Source: Octopus sinensis
Taxonomy: Eukaryota
NCBI RefSeq assembly: GCF_006345805.1
Contig: NC_043013.1
Coordinates: 27,094,001-27,158,000 of the forward strand
DNA: 64,000 bases
Direction of reading: 5' to 3'
Each line of letters begins with the position of its first letter. The first letter of the stretch is position 1. The translations under genes and the position numbers were made by a program. Shown in pieces: positions 50,509-64,000 of this stretch. The notes beneath the pieces are model-generated. The model did not search any database. It was given only the letters and a program-made list of their open reading frames with translations, and was not told where the DNA came from.

Positions 50509-52325
50509 TTAAAAGTGAATGTCAAACCACAATCAAATTTTAATCTCAGTTGAAGCTGTCTCAATATTTTGTCAAACAATTTGCTGTCAAAACCTCACTT
50601 CCCCCTTCACATCTTATAACTGTTTAACCCTTTTGATACCAACTGGTTCTATGATGTAAACTTCTCCTTTTAAATGAGTATATGTTCATAAAAGCACTTG
50701 CTTTATAAAGGGACTTTGGAACACCAGTGTTTCGATTTTAAATGTCCTCTCAGTTAGTCACCTCAGATCAATGAACCTAACAAAAGTTTTTTGGCTTTTG
50801 TTTATAGGAATCAGCAAACAAATTATCTAGAGATGAATGCTGATATCTGTTAACCAATCACATGATTTATCTCCATGTGAACGGTGAACAGCGAGAATCA
50901 AAACACAGTTGCTACCTGGCCCTTTGTAGGTTGCTTCCACAGATTCTTTCAGGATTCTACCAAAGGTTTGGTTTGATACAAGTACGTTTTTGAGTATAAA
51001 TAAGTTACAGTGGCACCACTGCTAGCTCACAGCAGATTCAGAGAGAAAGAGAGAGACAGAGTGCAAGCAAGAGATAGATAAGAAATGAAAAATTGATGCC
51101 AATACTTGACCAATCAGTTTATCTGTTGTAAAAGACTGGAAGTAAAATTGACCTTGATGGGAATTGAACTCAGAGCACAGCAGTTCCTGATATATATTGC
51201 AAGGCATTCTATTCAAAGCTCCAGCAATTGCCAATTTACCACATCAGAATTAGAACATTGAACAGAAATTTTGTCATGTCCCATTTTATCTAGGTTAATT
51301 TGACTGTGTGTTTAAGGAATTTGCTTTGGAACTATGTGGTTAGGAGTTCAATCCCTTTGTGTGGACTTTGTTGCCTGGTGTCTTCTTTTATTAGCGGCAT
51401 GTTGACCTCTCAGAGAAATTGGTAGACAGAAAATTAAGACACCCATAGTGCATGTGCGTGTGATTTGCTGATTGTAAACAGATGCCCTACTGTTCATGCA
51501 TTGTTGTTTCATTGCGGTCCACCACAAAAGCATACCCAAGCATCTTATGTTTTACTGTGTCAAGAAGTAAGAAGCCTTGACATTTTTGTAAAGAAACAAT
51601 TTGTAAGCAAAATCCTCACCTTTCCTAGAAATGGTGTGATTTGTTTCCAGTTTGTTCATTTTTTGATAAAGCAGGCAATTACTACCATGCTTGGAAAGTG
51701 GTGAAGGTTAGCATCAGGAAGAGCATCCAGTCAAAATTACCCTGTCTCAGTGCTGGCTCATTTGACCCATGCAAGCATGGGAATAGATGTTAAAACGACA
51801 ATAATGGCAACAACAATGACAACAAAAAACAACATATTGAGGACTTTCGATTGTGTCTTTGATTTCCTTCCATAAATTAAGCATAACATTCGCACACATG
51901 TTGTGACAAGCAGAATAACATTATAGTTTATGGGTGCTGTTAGACGATTTTGAGATGCGAAAGTGCAGCAAAGTCCTACTGCCCGATGAGCCTCCATTCA
52001 TCTATCTTTCGCTCACTCAGTGAATGTATTACCATTTTACATTATGCAGCATCTACCAATTTCTGTCTCTTCAAATTAGATACAATAATTTTCTTCTTTT
52101 ATTTATTTATTTATTTATTCCCCCTCCGCTCAGCCCTCCATTTTAACTGTACTATTTTATCTTCATCATGGGATAATTATTTTGCAGAGATAAAAATAAG
52201 TTCAGTTAAAAATAGCAGAAAAATAGATTTTTAGCACCTAATTTGTGATGGAATGGCAAAGGCTTCTCTTCTCTGTAATGCAGCTGCTCAATAAGCAAAA
52301 GACGTGTGGTTCGAGGCTCTTCCTG

Positions 52326-52356
<31 letters not shown>

Positions 52357-54153
52357 TATTATCATTATTATTATTATTATCATTATTATTATTATTATTT
52401 CTGTCTCAAATAAGTGCTTGTCTTTTACTTTTTATACTGTAGCCGTACAGGGACACCAGCTTGAACAGTTTGGTTGAACAAATCAGTCCCACCCCCCTTC
52501 CCCAGTACTTACTTTTTTTAAAGTTGACCTTGGTGGGATTTGAACTCAGAGCACAGCTGTCTCTGATAAATACTGCAAGGTATTCTATTCAACACTCTGA
52601 TAACTGCTAATATATCACCTCAGTATTAGAACATTGAACAAAAACACCTTGGTCTCTTTTGCCTAGCTGCTGAGTTACAGGGACATAAACAAACAAACAC
52701 CAGTTGGGAAGTGGTGAGTAGGTGTGTGTGTGTGTAGAGGACACACAATGGCATACACACACACACATATGCACATATACAAATACAATGGGTTTCCACA
52801 CAGTTTCCATCTACCAAATTCACTCACAAGGCATTGGTTTTCTTGCAGCCCCTTGGACAAGACACTTGCTCGAGGTTCTGCACAGTGGGGCTGAATGCTA
52901 AACCACATGGCTGCAAAGTAAGCTTCTTAACTTCTCAGCCTTGCTTGAGCAAAATCGCAGTCGTGGCAGATACCGGTGTCATGCAAAAGGCCTCTTTGCC
53001 GGTGGCATGTAAAAGCACCCATTACACTCTCAGAGTGTTTGGCATTAGGAATGGTATCCATGCCAAATAAGATTGGAGTCTGGTGCAGCCTTCCAGTGTA
53101 CCAGCCCAGTCAAGCCATCCAACCCATGCCAGCATGGACAATGGACATTAAAGGATGGCGGTGGTGGTGATGATGATGATGTGCATTAAAGGGGAATCGG
53201 ATTCTTGAAAAAAAAAAAAAAATCCTTTAATGTTGAAAAGATTTCTTCATATTGTGGTAAGAATTTAAGAAATGTAACAATTCTAAATACCTGTAATCTC
53301 TAACGTCAACCTTAAAAAAAAAAAAGAAGATGGAAACGTTTCCTCTGACAATATTTTGAATTTAGAATGTAGAGGGGAAACAGTGGAATGATGTATGCCA
53401 GCCATTTATGTTGTGATATTCAGCTGCCATCTCTGGCGCCAATTTGTGATGATTTGACGTTTCTAATTAATCAAAATCACAAAATGGATTCCGAAGAGGA
53501 TGAGAGCTGAGAGAAAACTGGGGCATGGAGTGACAGAGAGTGGTTGCCTGGAAACCCTCTCATTCCACTCTGTGGCCACAGTACAAGACTGGTACAGTAA
53601 TCATTAATCAATCAATCAGTGCCATAGGGATCAATAGCAAAGCCAATCTCAACAGGATTTGAACTTGGCTTTAAAGGAGAAGCGCGAATTAATCCTTCAG
53701 TTTTCAGGTTATTCTCTCAAATGTCTTTTTCTTTCACATTGTTTTTAATTAATCTTGCATTGTCACAGTTTCGTGATTTCATTGATGTGGTCTTTTATTA
53801 ATTATAATGACATTGTCGGTTAGATGTGAGAAGCCAGATCTAGCTGATTTGAACATAAAACAGGTAGAACATTTTGGCCTGATGTGGCTGGTTTAAATGC
53901 TGAAGGTGTCATGTTGTGCTGCTAGAAATAGCAGTCAATCCTCCACTGACTTTTGCCATTCATTCTCCTTATTGACTTTAAAAAAGAAACAAAAAAAACA
54001 ACAAAAGAAGAATATTAGATAATGTAGTCATAGTGACACTACATGGTAGAAAAAAAGGATTAGTGAGATGGTCATAGTAAGAATGCCTTTGATTGATGTT
54101 AGGTTCCTTGGTTCAGGTTTGACCTGTGGCTAAACAGGAATTGCACTGCTACA

Positions 54154-54360
<207 letters not shown>

Positions 54361-54471
54361 ATATATATTATCTCCTAAACATTAGAAGGCATTTTGATTC
54401 AACTCTGCAGCTATAGTAACCTACCTTATTGCTTTCATTTTCAAATCCAATTCACATAGGCAATCACGCAT

Positions 54472-54510
<39 letters not shown>

Positions 54511-57500
54511 ATATCTACTTAACCTCCACCACCACCACCACCAATGCCGCCCCGCCCCCAACTCACCCCCCCACCATCATTTGTCTTCTTTTTATGCCTT
54601 CCCTCCTTCCCTCCCTCCCCCTCCTCTCCCTTTCTCCTTGTGACTCACTCTGTCACTGATGTTGGTTTTAACAGCTAGATTTTTATAATACTACAATCAA
54701 TATTACTGACCTCTGTATTACTGAGCTGCTTTTTATTGGTTTGGGTTTATGGTGTGTATGGATATGTTTGTGTGTGTGTGTGTGTGCATTTTTTTTTTTT
54801 TTGGTTTTATTCCTCCTCCTCCTCCTCGCCCCCCCCTCTTCCTTTGTCTCTTCATTTGTCTTTCTCATACTCATACAATTTGTCTATATGAACATGCATG
54901 TGTGTGACATATGGATGTAAGAGAAAGGCACATAAAAAAAAATTTTCATTAGAAATGTATGTGTGTGCATGCATAAGATAAGCTTTTTCCTTCATAACTT
55001 TCATAAAAATATTTCGAATTATATTCAAAACAATAGATATTTCAGTGGCAAAACCGTCTTGGATTGCCAGCTGGCAATGGTCAGAAACATAACTCTGAGA
55101 ACTGGAATTAGGAGCGTTCATTTATTCTTTTACTTTATTCAGTCATTTGACAGAGGCCATACTGGAGCACTGCTGTCAGTCGAGTAAATCGATCCCAACG
55201 ACTTATTCTTTGTAAGCCTAGTTCTTATGTTGGTCACTTTTGCTGAATTGCTAAGTTACAGGGATGTAAACACACCAACACCGGTTGTCAAGCGATGCTG
55301 GACACGGACACACACACACACATACACACAATTATATGCATATATATATATATATATGTGTATATACAACAGGCTTCTTTCAGTTTCTGTCTACCAAATC
55401 CACTCACAAAGCTTTGGTCGGCCCGAGGCTATAGTAGAAAACATATTGCCCAAGTTGCCACACAGTGGGACTGAACCCAGAACCATGTGGTTGGGAAACA
55501 GGCTTCTTACCACACAGCCATGCCTGCACCTATCAAAGAATATTTTCTACTCTTTTGCATTGAGTTCTGAAATTTGTCACTTCTTGGTGATTCATCATTA
55601 TTTAATGTCTGCTTTCTATGCTGGCATGAGTTGGACAGTTTGACAAGAGCTGGCAAGCCAGGGGACTGCACCCTGCTCCAATTCTCTGTTCTGGTATGGT
55701 TTCTACAGCTGGGTGCCCTTCCTAATGCCAACCACTTCTCAGAGTATATTTGGTGCGTTTTATGTAGCACCAGCAGGTTCACCAAGTAACCTGCAAGACA
55801 AGTTACTTGGTGACCCCACTGGTACTGATGTCACATAGAAAGTACTCATTACATGAGTAAAAGTATAAATGCATGTATTATTATAAATATGTGAATACAC
55901 TTGTGTGTTTGGATGCATATCAGCAGCATTATTTAATGTCCATGTACTCTGTGGGCATGGGTTGGTTGGTTTGACAAGACCCATGGACCCAAGAACTGCA
56001 TAGTGCTCTAGTATTTGTTTGGCATGGTTTCTACAGCTGGATGCCCTTACTATATGTAACTGTCAAAGAATCCATGAGTCTGAAAATAACAGGTATTTGT
56101 CAATAGTGTGGGCACATTAATATTAATACAAGTCAGGGCTGTGAACTGACAAAAACATTAGCACATGGGGCAAAATGCTTCTCAGTATTTCATCTGTCTT
56201 TATGTTCTGAGTTCAAATTCTGCCGAGGTTTACTTTGCCTTTTATCCTTTCAGGGTGGAAAAATAAAGTTCCAGTGAAACACTGAGTTGATCTAATTGAC
56301 TGCCCCCCCCCCAAAAAAAAAATTCCGGGCCTTGTACCTAGAGTAGAAAAGAATATTTATCCAAGTCAGTATTTATAGATTTATTTCAGGTGATTTTATT
56401 AATCAGTTTGGCACTTGAAAATTAGGGGAAACTTAATTACACCACTCATCAGGAGGGATCACAAGAAGACTGTGTGTGTGTGTTACCTTTTACTTTCTTC
56501 AGTCATTGGACTGTCACCATGCTGGAGCACCTCTTTGGTGGGTTTTAGTCTAATGAATCAACTCCGGTGCTTATTTTCGTTTATAGAGCCTGCTAATTAT
56601 TTTTTTGATCTCTTTTGCTGAAATGCTAAGTTAGAGGGATGTCAACAAACCAATATCAGTTGTCAAGTAGTCGTGGGGGAACAAACACAAATACGTGTAT
56701 GTGTATGTGTTATTTGTGCATGTGTGTGCGTGTACTCTTCTTAAGAGCCTTTTCTGACAAGTGCCATGATTGGGCTTTTCACTAACCCTCATGTGCAAAA
56801 CTGATTGGTAAATCAACAGAAATAGATATTGTGTAAGTTTTAATGTCTATGTGTGTGTGTATTTGTGCAGCTATATATGAGTGTGTCTAAATAAGTCGGT
56901 ATATGGAGTGTGTATGGTTGCAAATACAAACACATCTGTGCTTTTGTGTGTGTGTATGTATATATACATATATATATATATGTATGTATGTATGCATTTA
57001 TATTTATATATACATGTATGGCATATAAATATGTGCACATATGGATATGTACTTTACCTGTATATTATGTAAATATATGCACATATATCTATATTCCTTT
57101 GTGTGTGTAAATATGCTTGTGGGTAATGGTAGGTGTGTGTGAGGATGGTGAGAGCTTTTTGTTAACAGTAGTAATGTTGCCATCATCAACCTAAGTAAAA
57201 TGTAATCAATGTAAACTGGCCAGAAGGAAGGAAAGTGAGATGGAAAAAAGACTCTGATACACAAGACAATACTTACTGTTCAATCTTTTGTCTGATATCC
57301 ACTGATATATCTATTTCAATATGAATAAAAGGTGAGCTGGAATCTAAATTCTTCGGTTTTTTTTTTCCATTTCATTCCTTCAGATCTTCATTACAACATA
57401 ACCTTTTCTCTTTTTTCGTTTTTCCCTTTCTTTTTATTTTTTTATACTTTTCCTTGTTTATTTTTATTAATTTTTTTTTCGTCTTTTCAAATCATTCCAG

Positions 57501-57659
57501 GATCTTTCATGTTAAAAGATTCTTTTGTATTTGTTTATAATGTTAGCAGTAACTTTGTTGTTAGGTGGTGGATGTCGTTATGGTGGTGGTGGTAATGGCA
57601 GCAAGATATGAGCAGAGTTTTTCAGGAATGATGAAGGCACTGGACTAATTGCTTTTACT

Positions 57660-57860
57660 GGTGATGGTGCCACGTGAAATACACTGATGCTGGTGTCACA
57701 TCAAAAACACTAGTGCTGGTGTCACATAAGAAGCACTGGTTATGGTGTCACATAAGAAGCACTGATTATGGTGTCATAAAAAGCACTGGTTATGGTGTCA
57801 CATAAGAAGCACTGATGATGGTGTCACATAAGAAGCACTGGTGATGGTCTCATGTAAATG
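57660..57860 (+). repeat. About 26-bp tandem repeat (about 8 units) at the 5' side of a SINE
   Basis: TGGTGTCACATAAGAAGCACTG(G/A)T(T/G)A units leading into the GGAAAGGCATCCAG..CCAACCCATGCCAGCATGG tail. Confidence 0.85.
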
Positions 57861-58499
57861 CACTTCGTAAAGTGGTTGGTATTAGGAAAGGCATCCAGTT
57901 GTAGAAACCATGCTAGAACAGACAATGGAACTTGGTGTGACCTCTCCTCCCACCCAGCCTTACCAGCTCCTGTCAAACAATCCAACCCATGCCAGCATGG
58001 AAAACAACTGTTAAATGATTTTGATGATCATGATCATCATTATTTCGATTGATTTAATTGACTAAGGTCCCTCCCCTCAATATGTCAGGCACACTTGTGC
58101 CTAAATTAGAAAGAGTTATTACAATTTTTTTATGTCCCTTTTGTTTGATCTGAGTTTCAAGTCCCATTGGTATCCTTTATATTTTGCATTCCTCTAGGGT
58201 CAAGAAAAATAAGTACCAATAGTGTATTACAGTTAATTCCATTGACCATTATTCCATCATCACACTATTTGTAATTTGTTTCAAAGTTAGAAAATATTAT
58301 TATTATTATTATTATCATCATTGGACACTGGGTAAAATATACGAAGCCCAATATACCCATCATGACTACCTATCTGATAAGGGTACACCAGGCACATGCA
58401 TCACAACCAAATGTGCGCAACATGGTGATCCACGCGTTGCTGTTGTTGTTGGTGGTGGTGGTAGAACTGTTGCATATTATTTTAGTTGGCAGGCATACT

Positions 58500-58975
58500 A
58501 TCTTGAGGTTTGGTGACAACAGGTCTCCTCAAAGCTCTAGAATCTGTCTTAAGAACCTTACAGAATAGAGGGTTGCACTTTTCTGTAAATTAACAATGCA
58601 AGTCTCAAATCTAATATCTTTCAGCTTCTTACATAACATTTTGGGTGTTGTGCCAAGTGCGCCAATTATTACAAGAATAATTGTCATCCTAATCTTCCAC
58701 AATCTCTTCATCTCTTTGGCTAGTTCCTGATATTTCTCTCTTCTCAACCCCTCAATGTCTTTGGTATATACTCTATTATATGGTACTTGCAAAGTCTAAG
58801 ATCTTACACTGTTTTTTGGGGGGTTTTTTTGTCTTCTATCATCATATCTAGTTGTGTTTCTGTAGTATGGCATCCCATAAAATTCTGTAATTCTTATCTT
58901 CTATCACAGCCTCTCGTTTGCATTCTTACCATTTTTCTGCTACTTTGAATCTACATACTCAACTAATATCCCAGA
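58500..58975 (-). pseudogene. R4/Dong-like non-LTR retrotransposon, RLE endonuclease fragment
   Basis: WDI..FKVAEKW*E..EAVIEDKNYRILWD..DMMIEDKK..CKILDFA/VP..REKYQELAKEMKRLWK..VIIGALGTTPK..LQKSATLYSVRFLRQIL. Confidence 0.85.
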
Positions 58976-58985
58976 CACAGCCATG

Positions 58986-59020
<35 letters not shown>

Positions 59021-59039
59021 CATTGTTATTATTATTATT

Positions 59040-59592
59040 GAGTGAGAGAGCAGTGCATGCCATCAAAGTGACACTGGGATAAAATATACAAAGCCCAGTA
59101 TACCCATCATGACTACCTGTCTGATAAGGGTACACTAGGCACATGCATCACAACCATATGTGTGTGACATGGTGATCTCACATCAAGATAAACAGCACAT
59201 GACCTTGCAAGTGGGGCCCAGTTAGAATTTTCATCAGGTCAGGTATCCCATCCCGCTCAAAAGGTCCCTGAGCAAGGGTTGTTAAAGGATGTTGAACAAA
59301 ATACCTATGTTTCCAGAGCTGATTTATTCAAACCACCAAAGAATCCCTCTCAACACATGGCTATGATGCTCCCCCACTAATTCTGCTCATGATCAGAGAT
59401 GCACATATCAGCCACCAAGGGATATTCTCAACTGGTTAACATCAAACAACTGACGAGCAAATCTGTGGTATTGAGCAGAGTATTTGCTGAAGCCCATCTT
59501 TTATACCAAGACAAAACAATGTACATGATAACACTTCCAATCAATTAAGATCAGAAGCCGTGAGAGCCACTGTCTGGTACTGCATCAGGGCA
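59040..59592 (-). mobile_element. Non-coding ~550-bp element inserted in a (TAA)n tract; truncated copy at 58324-58435
   Basis: (ATT)n on both sides; GACACTGGG.TAAAATATAC.AAGCCCA.TATACCCATCATGACTACC shared by both copies. Confidence 0.65.
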
Positions 59593-62500
59593 GTTTTTAT
59601 TATTATTATTATGGTGTTGAGCTGGCAGAATTATTACCACTCCGTCTTTGCCTTTCATTCTTTTGGGGTCGATAAAATAATTACCAGTTATGTGCACTGG
59701 GGTCGATGTAATCAACTTGCCTCCTCCCACCAAAATTTCAGGTCTTGTGCCTATAATAGAAAGGATTATTATTATTATTATTATTAAGACGGCACACTGG
59801 CGGAAACGTTAGTATACGAAGCAAAATGCCTAGTAGCATTTCACTTCTTTTCTCATTGTGAGTTCAGATTCCACCAAGGTTGGCTTTACTTTCATCTTTT
59901 CGGTATTGATGAAATAGGCATCAGTTGAGCACTGGGGTTGATGCAGTCGGCTTATTCCCTCTCCCAAAATTGCTGGCCTTGTGCCAAAATTTGAAAGCAT
60001 TATTATTATTATTATTATTAATAATAATAATAATATCATAGTAATATTAATAAATAAACCCTCTTCATCCTTTCGCTTAACATTGTTTTGGTGACCATAG
60101 GACTAGGTATGAGCATCACTCAACCTTCATATTACTTCCTTATAAATCTGAAAACGTCTGCCTGTCTCTGTAAGAAATAATATCAGATTTTTAGCTGAAG
60201 ATATCTCCATGTAATTGCTGAAGTAGCTACTATTGAGATGACAAATGGAATAATATATAGCAGGGCTTTGTGATGGCTTTTTTCTATCTCTCCCTCTCTC
60301 TTTTTCTTTCTTTCTTTCTTTTTTTTTTTTTTTTTTTGACTGCTACTTTTTGCAATCAATCAAACAAACAGAGTAAAGAAAAGAAAAAAAAAAGACATGG
60401 AAGCTATATATTCCATTATTTCCTATTGTGCAGGCAACATGGAAGGTTCTTTGGTTGACTCACCATAGTTGAACTCTGGAATCTGGTCGGGATGCTCACA
60501 TTCCACAGAAAATACTAACCATAAATTGTTTTTAACACAGTCAGGAAATCTGAGAGTTTTCAAGGATGAAAACAAGGTGAGACGTGGAGGATTATGCTGC
60601 AGTGGTGGGCATGCCTTTCTCAGTATGATTATAGTGTCATAAAGTGAATTGGAAGGGACGTACATCAGCTCAGATTAAGAATTGAAACTACAAATTCATA
60701 GACAGAATTAGTTTTCTAAGAAACCACCCTATATTTTTGGCAGGATTTATCACAAACCACTGAGAAGTCTGTTTGGCTGCTATTTCTAGCTTCACCTGTC
60801 ACTTATAGCAACCAAATCTCTCCCAAATCAAACCTCACTAATCCAAACAACAAAGGATAGGTTAGATGATGTATAGTTCTAGATTTATTGAAAAATACAA
60901 GACTATCCTCATAATGGTGGAATGCTTTTGACCTGTGAAGGTTAACCTAGGGTTAAACAACAACCAATTGCTAAGAAATCAATATGAGGACTAAATGTTC
61001 TTTGAATCATAACCTACCAACTTTTATAAAGTGAAGGACATATTTGAAAGGAAACAAATGACAGGATGGTCAGAGGTGTTTTACATGGAAGACTGCAAAC
61101 AACCTCGCTTTTATGATAATGATGCTCATTTACAACCATTCCAGAATGTCTAGACAAAGGTCTACAGACAAACACACACACACACACATATGAATGCAAA
61201 CATACAACAGGCTTCTTTAGTTTCCATCTACGAAATCCATTCACAAATCTTTGATCAGCCTGAGGCTATTGAAGAAGAAACTTGCCCAAAATGGCATACA
61301 GTGGGACTTGAAGGAAATAAGACCACATAGTTGCAAAGTGAGCTTCTTAACCACCCAACCATACCCTCAATTACTGTTAATGGCATCTCTCTCACCACAT
61401 GGTTGGAAAGCAAACTTCTTGTGTGTGTGACAAGCCATTCTCTTTCTTTGTCTGTGTGGGTGTTTTGCCTGTAGGACGTTGCATGCATGGTTGAATGGTT
61501 AAGATGCTTGCTTTACAACCACATGGTTTCAGATTCAGCCCCACATTGACCAATTCTTTTTGAGTGAATCTGCAAGATGGAAACTGTGTGGAAGCCCATC
61601 ATGTGTCGGTGTGTGTATGTGTGTGTCTTTGTGTTTGTCCCTAACTACATTGCTTGGCAACAAGTATTTGCAACTTAGCAGTTCAGCAAAAGAGATCAAT
61701 AGAATAAGTTCCATGCTTTAAAATTGAAAATAAGCTCTAGGGTCGATTTGTTTGACTAAAACCCTTCACGGCAGTGCCCCAGCATGGTCGCAGCCCAATG
61801 ACTGAAACAAGTAAATGATGAAAAGAATAAAAGACAGAGGAAAAAGAAATGAGAAGAAAATGGTTTTACCTATGATTACTTATAATTAGTTTGGTTTTTA
61901 ATTAAATTTTTAAAATTTTCAGAAACTACATCATTGAACTTATTACAGAGTTTTAATTATTTTGAAGATGAATTTAGCAGAAAGAGAATTAAAAAAAAAA
62001 AGAAGAAATTAAATAAAATAATAGTGTATATTATTTTATATTGCGATCATTCATATTTATTTTAATTCTTCCATCTTTTCTTTTCCTGAATTTCTCATTT
62101 CTCTCATATGTCTGCATTTATTAAACAACGTGTATCTCTTGAAATAATCGATGTATCGGATGTCACCTGATCTCTAACATACATATTTGATATATTTTTA
62201 ACATTATTTCTAGGGAGTTTAATTTCATATTTATTCTTCTCTTTTTCTTCATATATTGGAATAAATTGTAATCTGACCAGTTGTGGAAAATATAGAAAAG
62301 ATACACAAATTCCATATACACTAAAAGGATGTGTGAGTGTATAAAGGTTTGTGTGTTGGATAGGTGTGTCAAAATATGTATTCTGATTATGTGTATTGTG
62401 TGTCTGTGGATGGTCCTTTTGAAACATCACATATTTCCTCAGTCTTTTACAGCAGTGACTGTTGTGCTGCCATCTCTTTTCCTACCACTTTCACTTTTTA

Positions 62501-63544
62501 TCAATATCTATAAATCTTATACATAAATACATACATATATATAAGATATATACACACACACACACACTTCCTGGTCTATGCACACACATCATATACACAC
62601 ATATATATATTATTCAGCTTTGTCTTTTTCACTGCTCCTTTCAAGATGCTCAGAATTGTAGCACATAGAACTGTGCTGTTCTTAGCTGATTAATATGAAT
62701 AAATTTATTTGTACATGTATGCAAGTGTGTGTGTGTGTGTGTGTTTCGAGTTGTGGAATCAATGTAAATTCTCTAAGTAGTAAACTCTTAAATATCTCTA
62801 TTTAGAATATGAATTCCCCTTTGTTTAAATTAACCATATTCATTATTCTCTGTACATACTAGTATGCATGTGTATATATACATGCCTATATCTGTATGCG
62901 AACATGTTAGTGTATGTGTATATGATATAACATATATAGATATATATGTGTGTGTATGTAAGTATGTATATACATACATACATACATACACTCACGCATA
63001 CATAATTTGAAACGTCAAATGCAGTGGTTGTTTTGATAAATTTTGTAATTTTGGTTCTCCATTTGTTTCTACAAATTATATTTTAATTTGAATAAGTAAG
63101 TTAATTGCTATGCTTTGCATTTAGAGCTTGCTGGACACTTTTCTCACGGCATCTCATCATACTTTCCGATTTTTCTCCTTTTTACTGAACAGATTCCAAA
63201 TTCATGCGATTGTATTTAATTATTTAATTCGGTATATCTAATTAATTAATTGAATTTACTCAGAAAAGCAAAAAAAAAATAAAGAAAGAAAAATTACTGG
63301 AAATTATAAAGAAAACATTTTTCTTAAATAATAAACTGTACTTATCAATGATGCCATGGTAGTGAAATAAAATCCACCCTACCCCCATAGAACGCTGGTC
63401 AGTTTCAGGTAGATCCCACTGCCACCTTTGACACTCTAAGAAGGATTGAATGCTTGTTTGTTATAAGACCTCACTAGAACACTTGGGAATTTTACAATGC
63501 TGCCACTTAAGGTTTTCTAGCAGCTTGAGAAACCTTTACATGGT

Positions 63545-64000
63545 ATTAATAATAATAATAATAATTTCCAATTTTGGCACAAGGCCAGTAATTTTGGGGG
63601 AGGAAGATAAGTTAATTACATTGACTCCCAGGGCTCAACTGGTACTTATTTTATCGGCCCTGGAAGGATGAAAGGCAAAGCTAATGTCAGCAGAGTTTGA
63701 ACTCAGAACACGAAGATAGAGGAAATTATGCAAGACATTTTACCTGGTATGCCATCTCACTGGCTTAATAAGAATAAAAATAATAATAATAATAATAATA
63801 ATCATTTCTTCTAAAGGCACAAGGCCTGAAATTTTTGGGGGAGGGGACTAGTTGATTACATCGACCCCACTCGTACTTAATTTATCAATGCCAAAAAGAT
63901 TAAAGGCTAAGTCAACCTTGGCAGAATTTGAACTCAGAATGTAGCAACAGGTGAAATATCGCTAAGCGTTTCATCCAGCACACTAACGATTCTGCCAGCT
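63545..64000 (-). mobile_element. Tandem Nin/Deu-like SINE copies on the minus strand
   Basis: (AAT)n then reverse-complement units ..GAATTTGAACTCAGAA..TTCTGCCAGCT. Confidence 0.8.

Noticed and set aside
57660-57860. CRISPR-like regular repeats (also 50301-50493 and 12895-13180)
   Set aside because: Eukaryotic DNA, spacers are absent or homologous to each other, no cas genes; these are SINE-internal or minisatellite repeats.

Overview
AT-rich, microsatellite- and SINE-saturated animal DNA. The SINE families look like those of an octopus/coleoid cephalopod; this is my recognition, not a database result. No intact protein-coding gene is visible, and almost all of the ORF track is microsatellite or repeat read-through. 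Recognisable content: many tRNA-derived SINEs with shuffled heads and tails, a decayed maT/DD37D and a decayed mariner/DD34D transposase, two RLE-type (R4/Dong-like) LINE 3' fragments, and hAT, mariner and TTAA (piggyBac-like) MITEs with TSDs. A CpG-retaining, promoter-like island at about 28.7-33.8 kb and several plus-strand candidate exons ending in phase 1 suggest the 5' region of a large unidentified gene. The most interesting signal is two unrelated ~410-450 bp insertions (40827-41280 and 46000-46410). Each is a long inverted repeat bounded by a 12-14 bp direct repeat containing TATAC, and each carries a Penelope-type minimal hammerhead ribozyme core. The second also has a tRNA-like Pol III head, making it a candidate SINE with a hammerhead tail mobilised by Penelope-like elements. 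Repeat boundaries are approximate unless a TSD or TIR is quoted.
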